From positions 5,491,741 through 5,555,740 of the forward strand of contig MU058636.1 in NCBI GenBank assembly GCA_013265495.1: a DNA stretch of 64,000 bases, written 5' to 3'. The notes under the pieces are model-generated. The model saw only the letters and a program-made list of their open reading frames with translations. It was not told the origin of the DNA and searched no databases. A program made the position numbers and the translations under genes. This DNA comes from Vicugna vicugna. Its lineage: Eukaryota. The first letter of the stretch is position 1. Every line of letters begins with the position of its first letter. Shown in pieces: positions 51,716 through 64,000 of the stretch.

Positions 51716-53711
51716 AAATTTCAATGTTTAATAAAGGAACACATACAGATCCATCACTACACATGGTTTGCTCTAATTAAAAAGGCAAGAACTGACAGAT
51801 ATAGCGCTTATCAAAGGGATTAACTGCAGGAAGGCCATATGCAATAGCGAGAAGGACACTGAACTGAGATGCTGCCCAGGCCCCACGTCTCATCCCGGCG
51901 CAGCCATTAGGAGCGATGTAATGATAGGTCAGTCACTTAAACTCACCACTTCTCATTTGTAAAGTGAGAGAAACAGGACAGATCCCCTCTGAGATCCCTC
52001 TTCTAAAACTTTATCATTTCAGGTACATGTCTGATACCCAACACGTGAACTCCTCCTTTGCAATTTCAGCTTTTTTATATGATACTATATTGCGTTTATT
52101 CCAGAAGTGAAACAGGGAAAAGTAGTCAACAAAGTTTACTTCTGCTTCAATTCCAATGAAGTGGGTCAGAAAGAGACTTACAACAATAGATCTTGTCTCA
52201 GAAATACCTGCCACATTTGAGACTTAAGATATATAACCAGTCAGAATAAAGAAGGTCCACGGATTCCCTGCTCTAACCCTCTATTCCTGTTGATCTCTTT
52301 CAATATAAACAATCAGATAAATCACTTCCAAATGCAGGTTAGTGGACAAGTCAACAATAGTGGGGCCAGGGGGCAGCTAAAGCGCTGAATGTAAGCAGTC
52401 AGGGGAAATTATGTAACCTTTATGTATCTGAAAGGGGAGGAAAAGTTCCTTCCAAATGTATCGTTTATCATAAAGTCAGGGATTTAGTAAATAGTTACAA
52501 TGAAAGGCTAAGTACAACCCTTGTTAACTGCGCACACATACCCTTTAAAGACACCTACAGATGTGCATGAATGGACCATTATTAGTTCTCATTTATGTTA
52601 ATTTACATTTATGTTATAGTTACTTGGTCTTAATGTTTTGCACCAGGAACACTAAGTGCCTGACTTATGCCTTTGAAGTTGTTTCATAATTCAGAATAAA
52701 AGTGACTCCAGGAAGGCAATCACTTATGCCTTCTAAATGACTTTCTCTTCCCTGATCTTTTATTGTAAAAAGTCAAGTAACCCTTTGTTGAGATGCTATG
52801 CTAATCACTCAAAGGAGTTTTATGTAAGCCTCTCAAATTCGAACCAACCGGAACAATCAGAATTTCCATTAAGCTGTTCCACAGAGGGCACCCGATAACA
52901 GCAGCACACAACCAACAGTGACTCTAAATAACTTGTGGTAGAAAGTTCTTGAACTAATATAAATCACAAAGCAGAAAGGCCAGAGTGTGAGAAAGTAAAA
53001 GACTCAGAATTGTTAATAGAGTTATTGTTAGTAGCGTCCTTGGTTTCTAAATTAGCCAAGAAATGCAGTTGGGAAATAATGAAGAACTTACCACCCTTTC
53101 TTACCTACAAACATTCACCAGCTTGTCTCGCTCACTCCTGCCAGAACGACAACGCATCTGATGAGGTAGGACCAACAGAAGTCATGCTTCAGGGTACATT
53201 CTGAATTTTTATGAACATCCTTACTTTCCTGAAAATTCATTCTTTCAGAGTTACTTTCTATTTCCCATCTGTGTTTGATCATGGGACAGCCCCTAGCCAA
53301 ATACAGGAATTTAAACTTTCATCTGACTGTCCCGAAAATAATTTCTCATCTTTTTCTCATCGTACAAAAGCAATTAATTTTCAAAGCCTCCCTGTGGAAG
53401 CATCAAAATTCTAAACCTAAGGACAATGATGGGGAATTTTCAGTACATGTTGTGAAGCTTCCTTTTACTCTCTAGTAGAGTTCAAGCCTGAAAATCTTCA
53501 TAATTATATTTGAAGTTTGTCAGTCTCATTGGATTTATTCTAAGTAATTGCTAGCAAAGTTAATTTATATTTAGTTAGATTTTATAATAAATTTAGCCAC
53601 AGTGAATAATCATTAATTAATCATCATTTATGAATTAAATTAAATCAAAAATATTTTGATCAGACACCCTTTGCAGACACTGTATTAGGGATATAAAAAT
53701 AGTTCCTGTAT

Positions 53712-54695
53712 CAAAGGATGCTACTAATAGCATGAAGAGGCAACCTATGGAATGGGAAAAACATCTGCAAATCATACCTGATAAGGGGTTAATATCCACA
53801 ATATGTAAAGAACCCTTACAACTCAACAGCAAAAAATTAAACAACTCAATTAAGAAAAGGGCAAAGGACTTGAATAAACATTTCTTCAAAAAACATATAC
53901 AAACGGTCAATAAACACATGAAAAGACGCTCAACCCACTAATCATTAGGAAAATGCACATTAAACCAACAATTTCATATTATCTCCTTAGAATGGCTATT
54001 ATTAAAAACAAAAACATGAAAATAACTTGTTGGCAAGGATATGGAGAAACTGGAATTCTTGCACAGTGCTGGTAGGAATATACAATGATACGGCTGCTAT
54101 GTAAAAGAGTATAAAAATTCCTCAAAAAACTAAAATTAAGAAAAGAATTACCATAGCAATTTCACTTCCAGGTGAAAGAACTGAAAGCAGAGACTCAACT
54201 GACATCCATACACCCATGTTCATGGCAGCACTGTGTACAGTAATCAAAGTTGAAGTAACTCAAGTGTCCATCATCCAATGGGTAGATAAACAAAATGTGG
54301 TCAATACATACAATGAAATATCATCCAACCTTTACTATAAAAGAAATTCTGGCATATGCTGCAACACAGATAAACCTTGGCAAAATTATGTGAGTAAAAT
54401 AAGCCAGACATAAGGGGACAAATATTGTATGATCCCACTTGTAAGAGGTACTTAGTTAAATTCAGAAATAGAAAGTAGAATGGTGATTGCCAGAGTTCTG
54501 GGGGAGAGGGGAATGAGAAGTTAATGTTTAATAGGCATGAGTTTCCGTTTGGGACAATAAAAAATGTTCTAGAAACAGATGGTGGTGGTGGCTGCACAAC
54601 AATGTGAATGTACTTAAATGCCACAGAACTGTACACCTGAAAATAGTTAAAATTGCAAATTTTATGTTATGAATGTTTTACCACAAAAAAAAGAA
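53712..54695 (+). mobile_element. Old L1 (L1MA/MB-like) 3' end inserted in an antisense L2
   Basis: ORF2-like MKRQPMEWEKHLQIIPDKGLISTICKEPLQLNSKK; 3' UTR ending ttttaccacaaaaaaa. Confidence 0.9.
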
Positions 54696-55039
54696 ATGGT
54701 TGCTTTCCACATAGAGCTTATAATATAGTGAGGAAATGAGTGTGTATATAAAATTAGTACCTGAGTAACTATAAATTACTATAAGTAAAATAGTAATAAG
54801 ATAGTAGAAGTTAAATACTATGATGTTCAGAGAATGCAAAGATAATAGTTGTTTCAGGAAAAGTTTTATGGAGTGTACAGGGGTCGTGGTTTACCTTTGG
54901 AAGATTAATACATTTTCACTGAGTAGAGATGGTGGGGACAGGTAGCCTACAAAAGGGACCAGTACAAACTAAGCACAGAAGTGAACATTTTGGGGTGTGA
55001 CTTTGGAACTGTGATTCCTCCCAGTAAGGTTAAATTGCA

Positions 55040-55190
55040 GAACAGTGCTTCTCAAACTTTAATGTGTATACAGATCAGGAATCTTGCCAAAATGTAGATT
55101 CTGATTTTATAGGTCTAATGGTTGGGTCCAAAATTCTTCATTTCTAATAAGCTCCAGGTGATGCCTTTGAGAGGCTCAGGTCTTGAGTAT
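55040..55190. mobile_element. MER5A-like DNA transposon fossil
   Basis: cagtgcttctcaaactttaatgtg...aaaatgtagattctgatt...catttctaataagctccaggtgatgc. Confidence 0.8.
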
Positions 55191-55614
55191 ACAGGCCTAC
55201 AAATGCAGATTAGTTCAAAGTCCAGGACTTTGAAAACCAGAAGTCTGTACTTACTTCAGAGCTAATGGAGAACCAAAGGAAGTCTTCTGGGTAAGGAAAT
55301 TCTATTATTGGGAGCTGTTCCTTAGGAGTATTACTCTGGCAGCCATGTGTAGTGGGAACAGAATGGGCAAAGACAGATACTGGGGAGACAGGTTAGCGGT
55401 CAGTGAGACCTATTAGTAGTGACAGGCTACTAAGAGTCTATTAGTAATAACCAGACTGGATGTGGTGAGGCCTGAAAACAGGCCAATGGGAGTGAAGGTG
55501 CTAAGGGGAAGACCCGATGAGTGGATAGTGCAAAGGAAGTTGTGTGTCTTGGTGGCTGACATGCAGAGGAATGAATATATGAGGAGGAAAAGTTTTAAAA
55601 TGCCAGTGATTACA

Positions 55615-55744
55615 GTAAGATAGCAATCAGGTTTTTCCTAAGACATTCCAAATTTATGCCTGTCATCCCAGCATAATTATTAATAGTGGCCCCTTCCACT
55701 CTAAAAATGTGCTGGTTTAGGTGGTAAATAATGTAGTCACCCTA
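55615..55744 (-). mobile_element. MER94-like hAT-Blackjack element
   Basis: ataattattaatagtggccccttccactctaaaaatgtg...gtcaccct matches the reverse complement of MER94 as recalled. Confidence 0.7.
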
Positions 55745-55819
55745 GCTTTATGCACAGGTGCCTAACAGGATGTAGAGGAGAGTTAGGCTGGTTTGTAGTG
55801 AGTAGAAATCGGGTGATAT

Positions 55820-56510
55820 TCATCCATTCATTCAGTTATTCACTATTTACCAAACATCAACTATGTGCCAGGCATTGTTTTAAGTGCTGAGGATATCTGA
55901 GTTTAAATAAAAATGACCACAACCACAAGGTTTGTCCTCATGGAGTTTGTGGTGGAGACTTACACATTCCGGAAGTGGGGAAGGAGGAGGAGATGGAAAG
56001 GGGGCAAGTTAAAGGTGCCAGTGAGACTTACAGCCAGGGCAGCATCAAGCACAGAATCTAGAATGGGGGGTTAGAATTTGAAAGGGAGGTAGATGCAGGT
56101 TTAGATACAGATATGGATCTTTATGAAGTGATGAATCTTGGAGAGTGGGTGAGATGCCTCCCTGAGAACAGACTTAAAGAGAAGGTAGAGACCATGGAGA
56201 GTCCCCACACTTAGGGGACAGACAGAAGAGGCAATGAGCCCATGGAGAAGCAGTCAGAGAGGAAAAGAAGTTCCCAGGTATACAAGTCAGGGAAGCAGGG
56301 AGATCAAGGGCCCTCCAGGTAACAATATCAAAAGTAGCTGAGAGGTCAAGGAGACAAGGTCTGGGACAGGTGGCCCCCATGGGGAAGGAGAGGGTCAGCT
56401 TTGGGAAACAGTGCACTATGTCCTGTGGGGTTGGCCAGTGAGATGCTACACGGTATTCAGCATATGAGAAAGAGTAGTACTGAGATTCGTAAGGTGTCCA
56501 ACTCATTCTT
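55820..56510 (-). mobile_element. L2 fragments
   Basis: attcatccattcattca...ctatgtgccaggcattgttttaagtgctgaggata antisense L2 tail; purine-rich body. Confidence 0.75.
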
Positions 56511-57081
56511 AGATGATAATTTGCTGATGTAATTTATGCATTTCTCATTGCCATTTTTTATTGTTAATAAAAACATTTTCTAGTTGTTTCTGAAGGTTTG
56601 GAACAAAATAAAGCAAAAGCTCTAAGTAGCTCATTTTTCATCAATAACTAGTATATATTTTTTCTCACAAGATTACCCTGAGAATGGGTATTAAATGGCA
56701 TTTGTGTGCTTTAAAAATCTAAAGTAGCAAAGAAAAGCCATGCTCTAGTAAAAAATTCAATTTTACTTTATGTCTCTTTTTCTTATATGAAGGGACATTT
56801 GGGGAGAAAACCGGTAAGAGGTATGTAAGTGAAAGCGATAAGAGGTATGTATGTGAAGCTAAGGATACTGAGTGAAAAATAATGGACTTTCTCTGAAAGG
56901 TGAAAACTAATTTATCTATCCAGAATTGTCAGTATTAAGACTGCTATCATACCTAACAATTCCAATAGTTTTGCATGACAACAGAAAAATGTTAGCTTTG
57001 TGGGACTAAATGAAATCTTAACAGAGCATTTAAATCTCTCCCATCTGACCCCGTATGCTACACTCCTGCCCCTGCCCCCGA

Positions 57082-57116
57082 CACACACACATACACACAC
57101 ACAGCCACAAACACAC
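57082..57116 (+). repeat. Imperfect (CA)n microsatellite
   Basis: acacacacacatacacacacacagccacaaacacac. Confidence 0.85.
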
Positions 57117-59254
57117 TACTTGCAGAGGGTGAGAATATATACTATTTGTGATACTTTTAGGGATGGCTCTACAATATTCTTGGATAATCTATATCAGAAC
57201 TGAAAAACCTACACTTAGAGCAGAAAGGTATATGATTACCTTCTGTGGTTATGATGTAGCTCTTTTTAGTTTTTTCCTTGTCCTACACCCGGGGGTTGAA
57301 CTGGGAGCAGTTTTTTTATGCAGCAGAGAGAAACAGAAATCGACTGAATGTGTAAATCAGTAACAACATATCTAAAAAACAAATGAACAAAGTACTGTTA
57401 TTAAAACCATTCCCAATAGCCAATACAATTCTGGTAGTGAATGGTAACTTTTCAGGGGCTGAATGACTACTTTTACAGACCTGGAACAATGCCAGTGTTG
57501 GTTACGGTTTATCCAGTGAAGCAAAGTAGTATCTGGGTGTAAGTCCCTGGGGGTGTCTGAGCTTTCTTGGCTATCTATCATACTCGTAACTCAGGGAGCA
57601 GGTCAGCTGGTGGTGTCCGCAGGGAAGAGGACGGTTACATTTAAAACTCAGGAAACAAGCATGCATGGGTTGGCATGGCATCCCAACCCCTCTCCACTCC
57701 GGCTCAGACGACCAGGCTTGGCTCCCAGGAGCAGCCTGAGCCTCCACTGCTGCCGCACCCTAGATGCACCAAATGCATTCCAACCTCCGCCCTTTCTCCT
57801 TTCTCACTCTTAGTAAATCTTACCTTCCAACGCCCACCTGAAGCTCTGTATCCTCTTTCAATCTTTACCCTGACCCAGATCCTTAGTTATATGATATTAA
57901 GGATCTCCCTTAAAAATTCTCTCAAATATTTTCAGCACTATTTTTGTGGAATATAAAGTAATTTATTTCTTGATATGTTTTTACAGAATGGTACAACAAA
58001 GTCAAAGTACCATTCAAGAATTTCTCACAGCTGTTGCCTTCTAGGGCTTACCGTTTCTGAGAGAGATCTGACTTGTCGATGGCCACGGAGGATGGCAGTT
58101 TCACATCAAGACCTTGTAGGCCGGCAGACCTTCCCGGCTCCCAGAGCAAACACACAGACCAGAGACCAGGCTGTACTGCAGGATCATAAGTGTCGCATGT
58201 CAGACCTTACGGGCAGGTGGAACAGAATGCCCTTGGTGGAATTATCTGAAGTTCTGGGTTCTCTTGGGTAACTGCAGTCATTTACCCTGCATTTATTTAT
58301 TTTTTTATTTCTTCTCAGAAAATCATATCTCAAGTTAAACTCATCTTGATATAAAAGTTGGGCCCGTGCTCCCAAGGCTTTCACAGAGCTGCTCCTGCCC
58401 CCTCCCAACAACTTCTTTCTTTCACCCACTCTCTCCCCATAGGCAGCTCCTACTCAGGCCTCAGCTGAAGTCACTTTTCCTACCTCCTCAGACTGGGCAA
58501 GTTAACTCTTGTAATACCATTCATCTTTTCATACTTCGCATTGACACCAGCTATAATTTTAAGTTCATCTATGTGGCTATTTGTTTACCGTTGGTCCCTT
58601 CAGTAGACCATGAGCTCATGAGGCCACAGCTCTGTTTCTGTCCAGTGTTACACTGCAACATCTAGCACACAGATGTTGAATGAACATGGATTAAAGAACC
58701 TAAAATTCATAATGTGAGAGGGACAACAGTGAGACTCTTCATAAACTGGCTACAGCCTAGACCTCAGTTTTAGAATTTAGGCTAGTTTAGACTTCAAATT
58801 TTAGAGAAATGTTATTACATTGATAACAGTTTATTGATATAATATCTGCATTTTCCTAATACTATTAATATTACTATTATAATTGGTGAAAACCTAAACT
58901 TATCTGCCTTTAATCTTATTCCATGATTTCTAGCTTCTAGGTAGTACTCTCTCTGTATGAGTACTGTAATTCACCACACTGGTATTTATACACTTCAGAT
59001 ACTTCTAGCCTTGTGTCTTCTAGTCACTGTCACTTAATCCCACTACACATGGTTTGTTCCATTAATCTGCTCCATAAATCACTTCCCCTTACTCTTTTTA
59101 TTATTCCTGTGGATCTTTCCAAACTTCTTCCATTTATCACTCCCTCTGTGGCTCTGGAGCATTAAACCAAAGACAGTATTCTGTGTGTTTAGAATCCAGG
59201 GGTCTGGGTTGAGCTGGTGGGTGAGATCTAGTTGGAACTTCCATAATAAGGGTG

Positions 59255-59256
<2 letters not shown>

Positions 59257-59300
<44 letters not shown>

Positions 59301-59303
59301 ACA
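59257..59303 (+). repeat. (CA)n microsatellite
   Basis: About 23 AC units with one interruption. Confidence 0.97.
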
Positions 59304-60834
59304 GGAAATCAAACTTTCAAAATACGTTGAGATTCATTCAGAAGACACATAATATTTCTCCCACCATTTCCCTTTGGTTGTCCCACAGAAATGCCACACG
59401 CATAGTGAATGCTTCCTTTGAGGTTGAGTTCCCATGGAATAGTACCTTACACGGAGAGGAATCCGGCAAAGACCAGTGGAAATGACATGCAGTTAGTGTT
59501 TTATTTGAAAAACAAAACTGCACACCCTCTATCTGGTCAACCCCCTGTCAGACTCACTTGATCTCTTTGTCTTTTATGAGTTTTTTTTTTTTCCTACCAG
59601 AAGACTTCTTCGAATGGGGGTGGAGAGGGATGCAGTTTGGACAGCTAAATGCACGCAGCAAGCAGCTTGTTCAAGGGCACATCCTTAGATGATTAATATG
59701 ACCTGATGGGCCAAGACGGCACAGAGGCTAGAATTCAAACTTTGACTGTGTGGTTCTATTCGATGTGTCACCTGCAAGATAAATTAGCCCTGGGAGAGCA
59801 ACTTGGCTGGTGAGCCCAGCTCTAAAGCAGAGATGATGAAGGTCTTAAGAACATAGCCTTTTGTGATGCAGTCCAATCACAGATCATGTTAAGATGAAAG
59901 AAACAGTGAGATTGACTTCACACAAAAACACCTTGAATCTGACAACCAATAATTACAACTAGATGGCTCTTCCTCCAGCTTTAATCCTTACTGTTTGCCA
60001 CTTTGTGATGACTGAAGGGAAATACTCTTCAGTTTTCTAAACCAATGGTTAAAGCACTGTAGTGTTGTCAGCCAAGCGAAGAATCAGGGAGGCAGAATGT
60101 TAAATTAAATCACATAAAACCACTTAGCATGGCTTGTTAAACACTGACCAATCAATACTTTAATGCTCCTTAAGAGTATGCTGAGTCCAACAGACCGAGA
60201 AAGCAAATGCTTTTGAATAAAAAAAATTAATATTAATAAGTTGCAAACAACTTTAAAAATCTACCAGTAAGTAGCACAAGAGTAAACAAATGTGTGAGTA
60301 CAATGGTACAATACTGACTTAGCACAAAAATAGATTCTAACATCCTAATCTGAATTGTAAAATAAGAACTCAAAACACAAAATATTAACACTATCCTGAT
60401 GGTTATTCAATTATACTGTTTTCTACTGGGATGCAGTCCTCAACTTCTTTAATCCTTTCGTCCTCTGTGGCACCCATATCCTACCCTCTCCTTAATCCCT
60501 ACTACAGCCACCTCTACCCACAAAGACTCCTCAGGGCTGAGGGAAGAGGAAGTTAGTTAAATCTGCCCATGACTCCATGGGCAGATCTAAGATTGTGAAC
60601 TGTAGCAGAGGGCAGGTGACCTACACATAGAATCAAAATGATGCCAGAGAAGAGGAAGAGACTCATCCCAAATCATTTCTGGCTTTAGGATAGTTCCAGT
60701 TTCTCTGGCACCCAAGTGTCAGATATGCCTGGATATCCTGGAGCTTTACATTGGGAAAAAGGAATATAAAAAACAGGAAAGTCTTGGATACATCCATCAA
60801 GTCGCAAATCAGGGAAGTATTAGAGAAGAAAAAC

Positions 60835-62845
60835 ATAACCTTACACCTAAAGGAACTAGAAAAAGAAGATCAAACAAAACCCGAAGTTAGTAGAAGAAAT
60901 AATAAAGGTTAGAGTAGAAATCAATGAAATTGAGAATGAAAAATTAATAGAAAAATATCAATTAAATTAAGAGCTGGTTCTTTGAAAAGATAGGCAAAAT
61001 TGATAAACCTTTAGCCAGACTCATTAAGAGAAAAAGAGAGAGGGCCCAAATAAAGAAAATTGAAAATGAAAAAGGGGAAGTTACAACCAGCATCACAGAA
61101 CTGCAAAGAATCATAAGAGAATACTAGGCACAATCATATGCCAATAAAATGGACAGCCTAGAAGAAATGGACAAATTCCTAGAAATGTACAATCTCTCAA
61201 GACTGAATCAGGAAGAAATAGAAATTATGAACAAATCAATAACTAGTAATGAAACTGAATTTAAAAAGCTTCCAACCAACAAAAGTCCAGGACCAGACAG
61301 CTTCACAGGTGAATTCTACCAAACATTTAAAGAAGAGTTAACACCCATCCTTCTCAAATTGTTCCAAAAAAATTGCAGATGAAGGAATGCTTCCAAACTC
61401 ATTCTACAAGGCCAGCATCACCTTGATACCAAAACCAAAGACACCACACGAAAAAATTACTTTGTCAGTAATTTTCTAATATTTTGTTGAGGATCTTTGC
61501 ATTTATGTTTATCAGGCCAATATCACTGATGAACATAGATGCAAAAAATCTTCAACAAAATATTAGCAAACCAAATCCAACAATACATTAAAAGGATAAT
61601 ATACTATGCAGATCAAATCAAAACCACAAGATATCACCTCACCTGTCAGAACCTGTCAGAATGGTTCTTAACAAAAAAGCAACAAGTAACAAATGTTGGT
61701 GAGAATGTGGAGAAGAGGGAACTCTCGAGCACGGTTGTTGGGAATATTAATTGGTACAGCTACTATGGAAAACAGTATGGAGATTCCGCAACAAATTTAA
61801 AACAGAACTACCATACGATCCAGCAATTCCACTCCTGAGTATTTATACAAAGAAAATGAAAACATTAATTCTAAAAAATATATGCACCCCTATGTTCATT
61901 GCAGTGTTACTTATAATAGCCAAGATATGGAAGCAACCTAAGTGCCCACTGATAGATGAATAGATAAAGATATTGGATAGATAAAGATGTGGTATGTATA
62001 TATAATGGATATTACTCAGCACCCCCCCCAAAAGAATAAAATCTTGCCATTCTGACAACACAGATGGACCTAGAGGGTATTATGCTAACTGAAATAAGAT
62101 GGACAGAGAGATCAAAACTGTACAATTTCACTTAGATGTGAAATCTGAAAAACAAGACAGATGAACTAACATAACGAAACAGAAACAGAGTCATAGATAC
62201 AGAGAACAAACGAGTGGTTGCCAGAGGGAATGAGAGAAATAGATAAGGGAGATTAAGAGATACAAATGAAATAAATGAGTCATGGGTATGAAATGTACAG
62301 TATGGGGAATATAGTCAATAAAATAATGTAATATTGTTGTATGGTGACAGATGGTAACTAGACTTATCGTGGTGACTATTTTGTAATGTATAGAAAGATC
62401 AAATCACCGTATTTTGCACCAGGAACATAGTGTTGTAGGTCAACTATACTTTAAAACAAACAAAATCATAGAAAAAGAGATCAGATTTCTAGTTATCAGA
62501 GGCGATGGGGGGGGAGGAGGAATTGAATGAAGGTGGTCAAAAGGCACAAACTTCCAGTTACAAGATAAATAAGTACTAGGGATGTAATGTGCAACATGAT
62601 AAATATAATTAACACTGTTGTATGTTATATATTAAAACTGGTAGGAGAGTAGGTCCTAGAAGTTCTCATTACAAGGAAATTTTTTTTCTTTTTCTTTGAT
62701 TTTGTATCCATATGAGATGGATGTTCACTAACCTTATTGTGATAACCATTTCATGATGTATGTAAATTAAATCATCATGCTGTACACCTTAAACTTACAT
62801 AGTGCTGTATGTCAATTTTTGCTCAATAAAACTGGAAGAAAAAAA
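60835..62845 (+). mobile_element. L1 (L1MA-like) with ORF2 remnants, internal deletion and long 3' UTR
   Basis: ORF2-like [20 protein letters not shown]...[56 protein letters not shown]...[11 protein letters not shown]...CTPMFIA; ends ctcaataaaactggaagaaaaaaa. Confidence 0.95.
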
Positions 62846-63956
62846 GGCAAAGTAATTATTTGGTACAGTTGCACTGAGCTGTGAATTCAAGAGCAAAATT
62901 CTCAGAAAAAATTGCAGAAGCCAGAGGATATTGGTAACCATCAAGGAAAAGAGTATTTACCTGGAATGATAAAAAAAATAATAATGAACAGAGTTTTGCT
63001 CTGGTCAAGAACAGAGATAAGGGTGAACTAGAAGGGGGAACTGGAGATAATTTTAAAAGCCTAATTTTTGGTAAATGTGTTTTAAGTCAAATCGAGTAAT
63101 AAGACTGAATTTTCAATAATTTCCTTGCTTCAAAACCTCTGTATTAACCATTTCTTCCTCATTCTTTGGATGAAATCTGAAGTGCCATGGTTCTTCAGCT
63201 CACATAGCTGATTAAAAGTAATCTAGTCACCTTTGCTCTTAAGAATGATCTCATTTTAGCCATTGGAATATCCAGTCCACTGTAATTATAAAAAGCTTCA
63301 AATTTTATCCAAGATGAAAGCTTTCCTGTTTCCCAGTCTTGCTCTTCAGCCTTACTGTCACCCCTCTCCCCACCACCCCAGCTCTTGTTAGATACCCCCG
63401 GCATTCTCAGAGGTTGCACTGGGTGGGAAAGGGGCCTGAGGTCAGGAAGAGAAAAGGTCTTGGATGCTGGGCTAGGTGGTGCACTCTGGACATGGCAGGT
63501 TCCCAAGGCTGAGTCTTTTCTCATAAGATCACATTGCCAGATTTCTTTGCAGCCCTGGGCATTTGGTGGCCCATCCCGTCTGTCATGATCAGTTGTTCCT
63601 ACAGGCAGTTCTCATGGTAACTTTTTCTATAAGGCCCACATCCAGCTCAGGACTAAGGGACCAGCACCTTCTGCCATTGGTGGGAGAGTAGTTCCCTCCA
63701 GTGTCTCCCTCTTTTTGTTCTATAATTGTGGCAAGCCATTCAAGGCACAGCCTTTTGCCTTCATCTTTCCCAGAAAGGAATTAGGCACCGTTTCTGGGCT
63801 CTCAGAACTCTAGGGAATATAAGTCAACTTTTTTGGTCCCTTCATGCACTGGGGTACTAGGACCCCCCCTACTGACCTGAAATGAGAAGGAAGCACAGCA
63901 CATTGACCACTCTACTAATAAGAGCTGCCTTCCTTACTCTTCAATTTCAACCCTTT

Positions 63957-64000
63957 GGGGGTGTGGGTATAGCTTAGTGGTAGAGTGCATGCTTAGCATG
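63957..64000 (+). mobile_element. 5' head of a tRNA-derived camelid SINE (Vic-1-like), cut by the window end
   Basis: gggggtgtgggtatagcttagtggtagagtgcatgcttagcatg. Confidence 0.85.

Noticed and set aside
56815..56860. 24-bp tandem duplication (similar short doublets at ~19077-19107 and ~35549-35574) as a CRISPR-like or functional array
   Set aside because: Only two copies with no repeat-spacer series; ordinary slippage duplications in a mammalian genome.

Overview
Mammalian genomic DNA, most likely camelid, judged from tRNA-derived Vic-1-type SINEs at ~43.5, ~51.6 and ~64.0 kb. The only protein-coding segment I can support is a 124-nt minus-strand first coding exon (37811..37688) inside a CpG island. 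It encodes MTGKRKPFQTPLRRSISEQLRDSTARAWDRLWKNVRERRLA and ends at a phase-1 GT donor. I recognise it from memory as an alternative N-terminal exon of the DLC/START-GAP family, most likely STARD13 (DLC2). Under that model, 1-37.7 kb is intron and 38-64 kb is upstream sequence. The rest is dominated by old repeats (MIR, L2, L1M, hAT MERs), one younger L1 3' end, and microsatellites. I see no prokaryotic-type system, CRISPR array or RNA gene, and no firm evidence of a wholly new biological system. The best leads are the paralog-conserved N-terminal peptide, its two uORFs (one stop overlaps the start ATG), a possible short two-exon micropeptide transcript, an orphan CpG-rich patch at ~14.1 kb, and a fold-back inverted duplication plus RT-domain deletion in an L1. 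Repeat boundaries and subfamily names were assigned by eye and are approximate.
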